DNA from: a virus
Lineage: Duplodnaviria > Heunggongvirae > Uroviricota > Caudoviricetes
Reading direction: 5' to 3' (one strand)
Virus record (IMG/VR): IMGVR_UViG_3300035182_001709
Length of the DNA stretch: 64,000 bases
Shown: one piece after another, positions 53,340 through 63,174 of the stretch
How positions within the stretch are numbered: the stretch's first letter is position 1
Layout of the letters: every line of letters begins with the position of its first letter
Translations under genes and position numbers: made by a program
Notes under the pieces: model-generated
Told to the model about the DNA's origin: nothing
The model's input: the letters and a program-made list of their open reading frames with translations, nothing else
The model's database searches: none

Positions 53340-55685
53340 ATGAGGGCGAAGGTACAAGAAGTCGCACTGCTGTTGGAGATCAGTTTCAACGGTTTCGTTG
53401 ATCGCTTTAAGCAGCTTGCCAAGCAGATCAAGGCGACAGCTATCGTCAAGGCCATCGACTCGCTAGACGATGCGCCCCCAGGCCTCAAGGCCAAGCTACA
53501 TGACGCATTCGATGCCTGGGTGGATTCTGGCGGGCTGAGCAACAGCGGTTACTACAGTGAAGTTCTCTTCACTAAGCTGAAGGCTGCTTTGGGCAGTCTG
53601 TCAGACGATCAGCTCGATGATCTCTTTTCAAAGATCACAAACTTTGAGGCGGTCCCAAGCCACGCTGACAAGAGCATTCAGGACATTGCGTTCAACTCGA
53701 TCCTGAAGCGACTGTCACACATCCCAATTCCGATCCTGCGTGACCTCAGGGAAGACCTGCAGGACCTGCAGCTTAACGTCAAGAACCACGCCACGGCTCG
53801 TGACTTCTTGAATTACGCCCTGGGCGCAGTGATTGAAAGCAACCCGACTGAAAAGCACTTCAGGTTGCAGTCGTCCAAAGGTTACTTCACGCGCTGGTTG
53901 GAACAACTGGACAGCGAGGACGCTGAGTCCGAGATCGACAAGCTCGACAAGATCATCGCTGGGTTTGAGGCCAAGAAGGCCGAGGCCGCCTGGGACGTGG
54001 TCGACGCAGGCCGCGAATTGCTCGACCTTCTGAAGGAGAAGGTTCCGAGCGACCTAAAGCCCTACTATGAGACCGTAATCTCATACGACTACCACATTGG
54101 TATGTCGGACTACAATTCCATCAACACGTTCAATGCGTATCTTAACGAGGATGAAAACGAGTTTCTCGAAGAGTACGCAAGGATTGCAGAACGCTCGAGC
54201 AGGCTAGCGCGCAAGGTCATCACGCAGATCAAGGCAATGCTCGAGCGCGAGACTCCCAAAGCCGCCAGGTACGTGCAGACCCTGAAGGGTGAACTGACCG
54301 AGGAACAGCTGCAGGACCTGCAGACGCTCGCGGATTACGCTCGCTTCACTCACAAGTTGGGCGGCGCCAAAGTTTCAAGGGACTACTTCGGCAAGAGCAT
54401 TTGGAACTTTCCCAACGACTTTACTGACAAAATCGACAAGATCACCAAGATCGATCCCGAGGTCGGACCTAAGTCAATGACACGCTTGCGAGCTGTCATG
54501 GCCTACTCGCAGATCATCAACTCCTCTGAGTTGCATGAATACATCAAGAACCTGAGAGACGATCTCGCTCAGGTCAAGGAACAGCTCAAGGCAAAGGACG
54601 ATCCTCAATTCATTGCGTTGATCGATGGCCTGATCAAGTTGTCGGACACCATCAGATCGATGCCCGATGATGACATCGTGGATACGTTTGAAACGCTTGG
54701 ACCCGAGAAGTCATCGAACGAGACCTACTTTTGGGGCAGCATCATTTCGACAATGCGCTCCAAAGGTGATGACTTCACCAAACAGCCCAATGATCTCAAA
54801 CGCGCCCTGAAAGCATGGGCACTGACCTCAGAAGGTGACAGGCCAAAACTGCTGCAGCGCGCCAAGAAGATCGCCAGCAGTTGGATCAAAAAGACGAAGG
54901 CGAAGAACGCCGAGCTGTTGAAGAAGGCGCCTCCTGAAGCAGAGCCCTCAGCGCCCCTACAGCAGTGGGCCTTTGCCGACCAGCGCAAGGGAAAGGTTCC
55001 GTATGAGGCAAACTCGAAGGAAGAGCAGAAGTTGTACAATGACCTGTATGCCCACTTCGTCAACAACGATCCGATCTCACCCGCTCACGCTAAGCTGATC
55101 CAGTCCTTCCTGCAAAAGGGTCAATACGCTAGCGTCTTCCGCGAGCCTAAGCAGGCGTACGTCCTCCGTGGCATGAACGTTCCTGCAGATTATCTGCGCA
55201 AGGCCTTGAAGCTAAAGCCCGGAGATGATCTGCCACCGAAGGGAAACAAGGCCGCATCATTCACGTTCACGCCGTTGTCAGGTCGCGGGGCCACTAGCTG
55301 GTCATCAACGTCGCAAGGTGCTGTCAAGTTTTCAAACGATGGAGGTTACGGTTCTTACGCCATCATCATGGTCGCCTCTGTCAAGAAGAATCCAAACAAG
55401 TTCTGCATGGGACCGGGCGCTCTCTACAACGTTCAGGGCTTCGATGAGTACGAGACTGAAGACGAGGTCATTGCCTTGGGCGAGATCAATGTCTCAAAGG
55501 TCTTCTGGTCAATCAACTCCATCACCAAGTCGACGCCGGGCCTGCCAAAGGGCGGTGTTGGCCACAAGACGTTGAAGAAAAAGAAGAAGGTGGCGACCAA
55601 TAAGTCAGTGGCTAAGAAACCGATCGCCAAGAAGAAACCTGTGGCCGCCAAGAAGCTCGTCAATAAATCCACGAAAAAGAAGTGA
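53340..55685 (+). CDS. ADP-ribosyltransferase-domain protein (R-S-E; Alt-like), 781 aa, with Lys-rich H1-like C-terminal tail
   Basis: LRGMNV / SWSSTS / TEDEV motifs; N-terminus MRAKVQEVALLLE resembles leader; paralog of 15458..16963. Confidence 0.7.
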   Translation: MRAKVQEVALLLEISFNGFVDRFKQLAKQIKATAIVKAIDSLDDAPPGLKAKLHDAFDAWVDSGGLSNSGYYSEVLFTKLKAALGSLSDDQLDDLFSKITNFEAVPSHADKSIQDIAFNSILKRLSHIPIPILRDLREDLQDLQLNVKNHATARDFLNYALGAVIESNPTEKHFRLQSSKGYFTRWLEQLDSEDAESEIDKLDKIIAGFEAKKAEAAWDVVDAGRELLDLLKEKVPSDLKPYYETVISYDYHIGMSDYNSINTFNAYLNEDENEFLEEYARIAERSSRLARKVITQIKAMLERETPKAARYVQTLKGELTEEQLQDLQTLADYARFTHKLGGAKVSRDYFGKSIWNFPNDFTDKIDKITKIDPEVGPKSMTRLRAVMAYSQIINSSELHEYIKNLRDDLAQVKEQLKAKDDPQFIALIDGLIKLSDTIRSMPDDDIVDTFETLGPEKSSNETYFWGSIISTMRSKGDDFTKQPNDLKRALKAWALTSEGDRPKLLQRAKKIASSWIKKTKAKNAELLKKAPPEAEPSAPLQQWAFADQRKGKVPYEANSKEEQKLYNDLYAHFVNNDPISPAHAKLIQSFLQKGQYASVFREPKQAYVLRGMNVPADYLRKALKLKPGDDLPPKGNKAASFTFTPLSGRGATSWSSTSQGAVKFSNDGGYGSYAIIMVASVKKNPNKFCMGPGALYNVQGFDEYETEDEVIALGEINVSKVFWSINSITKSTPGLPKGGVGHKTLKKKKKVATNKSVAKKPIAKKKPVAAKKLVNKSTKKK

Positions 55686-55695
55686 TAAACGCACT

Positions 55696-56565
55696 ATGAA
55701 GATAAAGGTAAAAGACCTACGCCGCACCATCCGCGAGGCACTCGTTACCGAAGTCGGTATCGATAAGCTCAAGGGCATGAAGGGCACCTTGGGCTCCACC
55801 CATGAGATGAACGTGGCCAAATTGGTGGGCTCGGAGGAGAAGTTCTTCGTCAAGTTCTCTGACATCGCAGAGGACCTTTGGAACGAAGGCGACCCCGATC
55901 CTAGCATGCAGTGCATGAGCGAGTACCTCGCCTACAAGCTGTATGCCCTCTACCCGGGCGTCAAGATTCCCAGCCGTATTGAGTTGGTCTATGATCCTAA
56001 CAACTCACGGGTCGGTATTGCCACGGCTGCTGTCAAAGGCAAGATGGCGCTCGGTCGCATCAAGCCTCAGGCGCTGGCGAAGCAGCTCGAGGCAGGCGTC
56101 TACGTCGACATTTTCCTGGCCAATTACGACGTCATCGGTACTGGCGCCGGCAACCTGATATCGTCGGACGACGGCTCAGTCACCCGTATCGACCCGGGTT
56201 CATCGTTCAAGTACCGTGCACGGGGTGGTCGCAAGGGACCTGGCTTCAACGACAAGGCTGGTGAGCTGAACACAATGTTGGACCCTGACTTCGGCTATGG
56301 CGAGGCAGCCGGGTCAGTCTATCAGTACGCTGACCTCAAGGTCGCAGCCAAGGAGTTCATGACAGTAAGTTGGCCCGCAATCGCCGCGCGTATCGATGAG
56401 GTTCAGGGGTCAGTCGCGGCTGAACTTGAGGAGAACGGCATGGACGACCTGCTGCAACAGTGGCACGCCGAGGTCAACGACATCAAGAAGGTCCTGGCTG
56501 GCCGTTACAAGGTTGTTACAATGCACGCGCAGAAGGTCCTCGCTGCCGACAAGAAGACACGTTGA
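55696..56565 (+). CDS. atypical protein-kinase-like protein with leader MKIKVKDLRRTIREAL
   Basis: catalytic-loop-like 'DIFLANYD', 'IDPGSS'. Confidence 0.5.
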   Translation: MKIKVKDLRRTIREALVTEVGIDKLKGMKGTLGSTHEMNVAKLVGSEEKFFVKFSDIAEDLWNEGDPDPSMQCMSEYLAYKLYALYPGVKIPSRIELVYDPNNSRVGIATAAVKGKMALGRIKPQALAKQLEAGVYVDIFLANYDVIGTGAGNLISSDDGSVTRIDPGSSFKYRARGGRKGPGFNDKAGELNTMLDPDFGYGEAAGSVYQYADLKVAAKEFMTVSWPAIAARIDEVQGSVAAELEENGMDDLLQQWHAEVNDIKKVLAGRYKVVTMHAQKVLAADKKTR

Positions 56566-56942
56566 TATTGCGACAACGATTCATTGCCACAATCAACTCC
56601 ACTCGCGGGGCCTAACTCTTTTGTTCAAAACGATAGAGGCTCTCAAAGAACTTGTCAAGTATTTTGACCCGTTTGACGGGTATTCCGACGTGTTCAGCGT
56701 ACTACTACAGGTACTTGGCATCACGTTGGTCGCTCTCTAGGCGATGCATGTCACCGCAAATGCAGGACTTTCCATCCTAGAGACCGCTGGCCCACCAGTA
56801 ACCTGGACCGCCGAGGTCACTTCGTCTGACCAGGCGCTCAACGCCTTGAAGGCCGCGTAGCAGACGTTAATCACCGCCAACGCCAAGAAGAACATCATGA
56901 TCTCGTAGTGACTACACCACGTGAACAGCATCTCTGCGTTCG

Positions 56943-57199
56943 TCACTTTGAGCGCCAGGCAACACGGCCCCGCGTCAGGTCGTAAGGCGAGACTTCAATC
57001 GTCACTCGATCGCCGGGCAGCAGGCGAATGTGGTGGAGCCGCAGCTTGCCCGACAGGGTGCACAGCACCTTGATGCCATTGTCACAGATGACCCTAAACA
57101 GGGTTCCCGGCAACGCTTCGTCGATCATGCCCTGAAGTTCGATCGAGTCCTCGCGCTCGGGCTGCTCTTGCGCCGAGTTGCTCCAGTTCTTCTTGTTCT
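56943..57199 (-). CDS. infA: translation initiation factor IF-1
   Basis: '[66 protein letters not shown]' aligns to bacterial IF-1. Confidence 0.75.
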
Positions 57200-57372
57200 T
57201 CTTTGCCATCGTCTTGTGTCTCGTCGTCACCGAGTTCGGGCGGGGGTGCGGCACCATTGCCGCCATTGTAGCCACCCTCTTGTCCGCCGCTAAAGATTCC
57301 TGCGCTCCAGCGCATGTTGCGCTCGACTTCTTCTCGAATTAGAGCGCGCAGTTCGCGGATGGTGATCCTCAT
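57200..57372 (-). CDS. leader-motif ORF ([17 protein letters not shown]..., Gly-rich) running into the IF-1 gene in another frame
   Basis: ORF 57094..57372; the downstream part is an Arg-rich out-of-frame overlap. Confidence 0.35.
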
Positions 57373-57380
57373 CCATCTAA

Positions 57381-58007
57381 CTATGCCTTGACGATCACCG
57401 TCGAGATACTGATCAACCAGTCTGCGGCAATCTCATAACGACCCTGCGGGCTGCCAGAAGCATCGAGCTGCACCGTGTGCCCGTGGTCGATGGGCCAGGC
57501 CTGACCGGGAGGAAAATACTTGGCGGGCGCGGACATCATCGTGCCGTCACCCGTGATGAAGTCAATGTCAGCCCTTCTCGTCACGCGACCACACGCCAAG
57601 ATCATCTTGGATCGCTGAGGGGCATCATTGACCTCGACCATCTCGCGGTCACTGAGGACGTTGAAGTGCTCAGGAACAACAATTTCATAGTCGCCATCGA
57701 CCGTGATGGGATCTGAACTACCGTTGAGCTCCAACCTCATGTCCACCACTAGGATGTAATCCGTCACACGATGCTGTACAACGGAATCATGGGTCTCAGT
57801 CGAACTCGGTCGCTGTCGTCGACAATTGACAAATATTGCAAGACAGTACCAACCATGGTCCATCACGTGAATAAACCTGGGATCTCTGTGGGTCCCGAGG
57901 GTGGCACCTACGACCTCTTGAGAACCATAGTTACGAGTCGGCCAAGCCATGTCGGACCCGGGACTACTCGCGCCCATCCTGATGTTGTTCGGGATGGGCT
58001 TGATCAT
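57381..58007 (-). CDS. hypothetical protein (208 aa)
   Basis: ORF. Confidence 0.45.
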   Translation of the reverse strand: MIKPIPNNIRMGASSPGSDMAWPTRNYGSQEVVGATLGTHRDPRFIHVMDHGWYCLAIFVNCRRQRPSSTETHDSVVQHRVTDYILVVDMRLELNGSSDPITVDGDYEIVVPEHFNVLSDREMVEVNDAPQRSKMILACGRVTRRADIDFITGDGTMMSAPAKYFPPGQAWPIDHGHTVQLDASGSPQGRYEIAADWLISISTVIVKA

Positions 58008-58402
58008 CGCTCAGTTGGCAGAACAAGCTAAGACGCGTGATACCCACCCCTTCGTTCAAGACCTACGTGATATGGAGCGTGGACGCTGCCCTGAGTGCCA
58101 CAGTGTCCATCCTGAAGCTGCAAACCACGATGGGCCGGAAGGGTTTTGGACTGTTTTTGCGTGCCCTGAATGTGGTTTCAAGCTTCGAGCACACGTACAC
58201 TCCACGGATCCCAAGCCCTGAGTTGAAGCCAGGGTCCTACGTGGTCCAGGTAGGAAGACACAAGCAGATCGGCCTCATCACTTCTCGCGGGACGAGCTAT
58301 GCTTTGAGGCCGGCGTCTTGGAAGACGGTCGCTCGGTGACTTGGCTTCTATGGGAACGTGACAGAGGTCTGACGTGGCACGTTTGCTCTGAACTATGATA
58401 CA

Positions 58403-59002
58403 ATGGCACAGAGGTCGACCGTGTTCAAGAAGTTCTTCGTTGGTTTGTTCGCCGCGCTGATGATCACCGGCTGCGCTCATGTCGTCAAGGAACCCGTCCC
58501 GGGTGGCTCGTGCCCGTCAGGGGGCTGCCACGAGGAACTGCAGACGTCACATGAGATCAAGGGAACGGGATGGTCGTTGACGTTGCCAGATTCCTATATC
58601 ATTAAGTCTGTTCCGGCGCGTTCCGTCAAGGTGGCTGAAGGCAACCGTGAACTGTTGGCAATGACGAAGCAGAAGGAGCCGGTCGGCCGCGGGCCCATCA
58701 TCGTCACCGTTACCGTCGCTGACCTCGACAAGGACCTGCCACCCGAGAAGTACGGGTTGACTGCCATGGGCGCCCTGCTGTCACAGGAAGATATCATACC
58801 GTTGGGAATGAAGGAAATCAAACTAGGCGCCTACCCGGGCACATTGACTGTCGTCCTTGCCGATGGCAACGTTGCCATCGCTCAGCTGGCGGTCGGCAAG
58901 GGAGCCCGCGGAATCATGCTGGCGTGCGGCGGCGAGGCTCACGAGTACAAGAAGGTCGCCGAGGCCTGTGGTGATGTGATCAAGTCCTTCAAGCTATTGT
59001 GA
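58403..59002 (+). CDS. lipoprotein (signal peptide plus lipobox LMITGC)
   Basis: 199 aa. Confidence 0.55.
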   Translation: MAQRSTVFKKFFVGLFAALMITGCAHVVKEPVPGGSCPSGGCHEELQTSHEIKGTGWSLTLPDSYIIKSVPARSVKVAEGNRELLAMTKQKEPVGRGPIIVTVTVADLDKDLPPEKYGLTAMGALLSQEDIIPLGMKEIKLGAYPGTLTVVLADGNVAIAQLAVGKGARGIMLACGGEAHEYKKVAEACGDVIKSFKLL

Positions 59003-59211
59003 TGCCTGACGAGTGGCTGCAGCGCCTGACCCCGGGCACATTATTGGCGAGGCCTTCCGGCGAGGTGGTGATGGTGATCACTTGCGAGGTGCAAACGCTG
59101 CCCATCGGCTGGATTCAGCTCAACTTCACCACGATTGGACCCTCGGGCCTGCTGCGAAACAGCGTCGAAGCCAACACATTCGATAGAACGTGGAAAACCT
59201 TGACCTCATGA
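58999..59211 (+). CDS. KOW/SH3-like small protein
   Basis: ORF. Confidence 0.4.
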   Translation: MMPDEWLQRLTPGTLLARPSGEVVMVITCEVQTLPIGWIQLNFTTIGPSGLLRNSVEANTFDRTWKTLTS

Positions 59212-59459
59212 GGCAGCTGATCCCGCGCCCGGGTGACATGGTCATCGCTCGCAAAACGATGGCGGCGTGGTTCTCTGACAGCGAGCGTCGTCCCGTTGGG
59301 ATCCAGGTCGATCCAGGTGATGTCTGTCTGGTCGTCCAATCGTGGATGGTAGGTGCCAACGTGCGGCTCAGATTGATCGCCAGGGGGACCATGTCGATGT
59401 TTTCCTGTCGGCTGGAACACGTGCGGCTCAATTGGACGGTTGTTCAAAATGCTGAATGA
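59190..59459 (+). CDS. KOW/SH3-like small protein (PRPGDMVIARK)
   Basis: ORF. Confidence 0.45.
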   Translation: MENLDLMRQLIPRPGDMVIARKTMAAWFSDSERRPVGIQVDPGDVCLVVQSWMVGANVRLRLIARGTMSMFSCRLEHVRLNWTVVQNAE

Positions 59460-59476
59460 AGTTGGCTACTTAAAGT

Positions 59477-59746
59477 GTGTCCACCCCTCCAATTCGTCCA
59501 GGTGACCTCGTCACATTCACGTTCTGGTCCTCGTACTTGGCGCCCTCAGCGGCGCCGACCGAGCTGGGCCTCATCAACTGGTATGAACTGCACCCCGGCG
59601 ACGCTGGCCTGGTCGTCTCGGTCGGGAGCGACGTTTCTGCGTCTAACACTCACGATAACACAGTCACCGTGATGTTCTCAAGGGTCAACAAGCTGCTGCG
59701 GGTTCACTTGAACCAACTGACCAGGGCCAATGACTCCACCAGGTGA
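59477..59746 (+). CDS. KOW/SH3-like small protein (IRPGDLVTF)
   Basis: ORF. Confidence 0.45.
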   Translation: MSTPPIRPGDLVTFTFWSSYLAPSAAPTELGLINWYELHPGDAGLVVSVGSDVSASNTHDNTVTVMFSRVNKLLRVHLNQLTRANDSTR

Positions 59747-60168
59747 TTGTCTCGAATAATCCTGAGTCACTCTATGGACTCCAAATCCAAGGCAGCGATC
59801 CACCAGAGTGACCCTTCTAACAGGACCAATGATAGTTGTTCGCCGAGTTCATTGCAGCGATAGTGGTGAGCGATGAGCAGGCCGATCCCCTCGTGCCACA
59901 TCTCGCAGTAGCCTCCCAGCTGTTCGATCAAGACTTGGCCTTTGGTCGCGACCAAATCACCAGGCAGGAGCGTCTGAGACATGACTGAGCTCGGATGAAA
60001 AAAGTGGTCCACTAATGCCGCTGCACGTCAAGACGTAGTAAACCCACGGGTAGCGGTCAGACCGTGCTGATCCCGCTGCCAGTGGGTCTCGGTTCGCCTT
60101 GGTGGCGCAGATGACCAGACCGAACTTGGGGCGCCCCGCGAACGGATCACAGATGACCAATTCGCCGA

Positions 60169-60396
60169 TCAGGTGGCGAGGTGCCATCGACCCTCCACCT
60201 GCTTAGCGTTGTGATCATTGACGACGAGGAGCGCATCGGCAAGGTGGACCTTGAAACCGACGCGATCATCCTCGTGCCACATCACAAGCCACTCGCCTTC
60301 CCTGATTTGACCGATAACCAGACCGAACTGTTGAGCGTCAACGCCCCAGCGTATCCTACGCACCACTAGCTCGCCCGATTGCAGGCCGCTACCCAC
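60169..60396 (-). CDS. KOW/SH3-like small protein (SGELVVRRIRWG...)
   Basis: ORF; two further overlapping minus ORFs (59767..60012, 59957..60187) may be members. Confidence 0.4.
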   Translation of the reverse strand: MGSGLQSGELVVRRIRWGVDAQQFGLVIGQIREGEWLVMWHEDDRVGFKVHLADALLVVNDHNAKQVEGRWHLAT

Positions 60397-60417
60397 AAAT
60401 ATAAATATCGTCTTGAT

Positions 60418-60801
60418 TCAATGATCGTCTGCGGGCATGCGTTGCTTGAACGTCGTCACCATCTCCATTGTGTCCTTGACGGCCCGATCGTGCAACAGCT
60501 TGGAACCCGAGCTCGCCAGCGCTGTGATTGCTGACATAAACAACTGCAGGCCCGCGGTGCAGACCAGGATAGTACCCGCGGCCACGTGGAATAGCGCTAG
60601 GACCAGCGCCAAGACCATGGTGAAGACCAGCATGGAAACTCGGCTGTTGCTGGCGCTAGCTGCGGTCACCCAGGCCATCGCTGCCTTCTCGAGGACGATC
60701 ATCTGCAACGTGAAGTTGATCTTCTGCTTGTCGCTGACCGTCTCCCAATCAACGTTTTCCAGCTTCTTCGCGAGTTGTTCCTTGGCCTCTTCCACCTTCA
60801 T
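60418..60801 (-). CDS. small membrane protein (2 TM helices)
   Basis: ORF. Confidence 0.5.
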   Translation of the reverse strand: MKVEEAKEQLAKKLENVDWETVSDKQKINFTLQMIVLEKAAMAWVTAASASNSRVSMLVFTMVLALVLALFHVAAGTILVCTAGLQLFMSAITALASSGSKLLHDRAVKDTMEMVTTFKQRMPADDH

Positions 60802-62405
60802 TCCTTCTTCTCCTCTTCCTCGACCACAACCGCATCGAGCGACAGGAACGTCACCGCGACGGAGACGGCGTTCTTCAGGGCGGTGCGAGTCACCTTGACG
60901 GGATCCACGACGCCAGCGGCGATTAGGTCCTCGTAGGTCTCCTTAGCTGCGTTGTAGCCCAGGGTGACGTCATTGAGGTGCAACTTGTGCAGCTCATTGA
61001 TGACCACGTCGGGAGAGACGCCCGCGTTGGTGACGATGCGCCGCAGGGGCGCAACACATGCAGCCTGCACCACCTTGGCACCGGCGCCGAACGTGGAGAC
61101 TGGAATCTGCTGGCTCGCAGCCGCCAGTGCCATGCCGCCGCCGGGAACGATGCCCTCTTCTGCGGCAGCCTTCGTGGCATTGAGAGCGTCTTCAATGCGG
61201 TACTTGCGTTCCACCATCTCGACTTCCGTCGCGCCACCGACGCGGATGATGGCGACGCCGCTCGCCAACTTGGCGATTCGCATCTTCAGCTTGGTGACCT
61301 CATCCTGCGTCTTGGTGACGTCTTCCACCTGCGATCGCAGGTTGGCCACGTGAGCGTCGACCTCGGGCTTCGTGGTACCGGTGCCGACCAGCGTCGTGGA
61401 CTTGGCGTCGACCGTGACACGCTTGATGGTGCCGAGGTCAGCCAACGTCAGTGTCTCGAGCTTCAATCCCTGCGATGCAGAGACGAGCTTTGCGCCCGTC
61501 AGGGTGGCGATGTCCTGCAGTAGCTCGTCGCGGTGCTGCCCATAGCCCGGTGCCTTAACGGCCACAATCGGCAGGTTGCCCTGGACACGGTTGAGAACCA
61601 GGCCGTGCAGCGCCTCACCTTCCACGTCTTCTGCGATGATCAGCAGTGGCGTCCGCGTCTGGAGAACCTTCTCTAGGATTGGCACTAGGTCCTTCAACAC
61701 GCTGATCTTCTTGTCAGTGACCAGGACTCGGGCGCCCTCGTAGGTCGCCAACATCCTGTCGGGATTGGTGACGAAGTACGGCGATAGGTAGCCGCGGTCG
61801 AACTGCATACCTTCGACGACGTCGAGGCTGGTCGTCATGCCTTTGGCGTCCTCAACAGTGATAATACCGTCCTTACCGACCTTGCTCATGGCCTGAGCGA
61901 TCAGTTGCCCGATTTTCTCGTCACCGTTCGCGGAGATAGTGCCAACCTGGGCGATCTCTTCCGCCGTCGTTAGCTGCTTCGCAGCGCGGATCAGCTCCTC
62001 ATCGACAGTGGCCCGTGCCAGCTCGATGCCTTCACATAGTTCCTTCGCCGAGAAGCCAGCCTCCAGCAGTTTCAGGCCTTCCCTGACCATGGCGTGGGTC
62101 AACACCGTTGCTGTTGTCGTGCCGTCACCGGCGACCTCGTTGGTCTGCGATGCGGCCTCCCGGATCAGCTCTGCGCCCATCCTCGCGATGGGGTCCTTCA
62201 GCTTGACAGACTTGGAGACCGTGACGCCATCCTTGGTGACAACCGGCGCCTCGCCCTTGCGCTGGATCAGTACCGTTTTGCCCTTCGGGCCCAGCGTGCA
62301 GCTGACGGCCTCCGCGGCGATCTCGAGACCGTTGTAAAGCTTACGGCGGGCCTCGTCCTTGAAAACAACCTTGGTGACTGCGGGAGTGTCGACGTCTTGA
62401 AACAT
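60798..62405 (-). CDS. groEL: chaperonin GroEL (Cpn60)
   Basis: 535 aa; 'AGDGTTTATVL', 'GGG' C-terminal region; TGA stop. Confidence 0.85.
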   Translation of the reverse strand: MFQDVDTPAVTKVVFKDEARRKLYNGLEIAAEAVSCTLGPKGKTVLIQRKGEAPVVTKDGVTVSKSVKLKDPIARMGAELIREAASQTNEVAGDGTTTATVLTHAMVREGLKLLEAGFSAKELCEGIELARATVDEELIRAAKQLTTAEEIAQVGTISANGDEKIGQLIAQAMSKVGKDGIITVEDAKGMTTSLDVVEGMQFDRGYLSPYFVTNPDRMLATYEGARVLVTDKKISVLKDLVPILEKVLQTRTPLLIIAEDVEGEALHGLVLNRVQGNLPIVAVKAPGYGQHRDELLQDIATLTGAKLVSASQGLKLETLTLADLGTIKRVTVDAKSTTLVGTGTTKPEVDAHVANLRSQVEDVTKTQDEVTKLKMRIAKLASGVAIIRVGGATEVEMVERKYRIEDALNATKAAAEEGIVPGGGMALAAASQQIPVSTFGAGAKVVQAACVAPLRRIVTNAGVSPDVVINELHKLHLNDVTLGYNAAKETYEDLIAAGVVDPVKVTRTALKNAVSVAVTFLSLDAVVVEEEEKKE

Positions 62406-62442
62406 ACAGCCATTCTACCGCGTGGGTAGGGCTCTGTACACA

Positions 62443-62724
62443 TCAACCGTCCTTTGTGACGGGCAACCAGACAGGCTGTCCCTTGCGCCAGGCGATGGCG
62501 ACGAGGCCCTTCTTGTAGTTGGTGATCAACTCCTTCAGGGTTGCCTTCTGTTGCGGGTCCTTGACTTTGTCGGCATAGCGGAGCAGCCGGTGTTCGGTGT
62601 AGTCAATCACCTTGTGCATGATCCCTGCAAAGATTGACTGCTGAGACTTGTGGAGGTGAAACTCCGTGCCTTCAACGTCCACCTTTGTGCCACCGGGATT
62701 ACGAGTCGCCATGCTAGCATTCAT
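62443..62724 (-). CDS. hypothetical 93-aa protein in the position of a co-chaperonin (no clear GroES/gp31 motifs)
   Basis: ORF immediately upstream of groEL. Confidence 0.45.
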   Translation of the reverse strand: MNASMATRNPGGTKVDVEGTEFHLHKSQQSIFAGIMHKVIDYTEHRLLRYADKVKDPQQKATLKELITNYKKGLVAIAWRKGQPVWLPVTKDG

Positions 62725-62894
62725 AATTACTTGTCACCTCCCTTTTTGTCTCGCGCTCAGTTTATCCACATTCGCAATGGCGATATTGTCGACTTCTATG
62801 AGTGCCCGTGTCCAGAGTGCACGAATATTCGCCTGTCCGTGATCCTCACGGTGTAGCTTATCACGCGCCCGTGTCGACGCAGGGCCTGAAATGC

Positions 62895-62927
62895 AAATCA
62901 GCCCGGTGCCGAAAGACGGCACCGGGC
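62895..62927. terminator. perfect 12-bp hairpin CAGCCCGGTGCC/GGCACCGGGCTG
   Basis: inverted repeat downstream of the AAA gene. Confidence 0.35.
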
Positions 62928-63174
62928 TGATTGATTCGCAGACGACACTGCAAGACACAGTTACTTGTTCACCCTGTGTTGAGCGGGTTCTTGACCCTAG
63001 GCGTCGGCGGTGTGTGGCAAACATGACTTCTCGAGACCATCGTACATAAGTACGTGTCTACGAGACAACGCTTCGGCGGCATGAGCTTTTTCTGCATGCC
63101 ATGAAGGCGCCTCAAATGTTGCATTGTCCTGAACGGGGGCTTGCCATTGTGATCAGCGTGCACCTTGTCGAACT

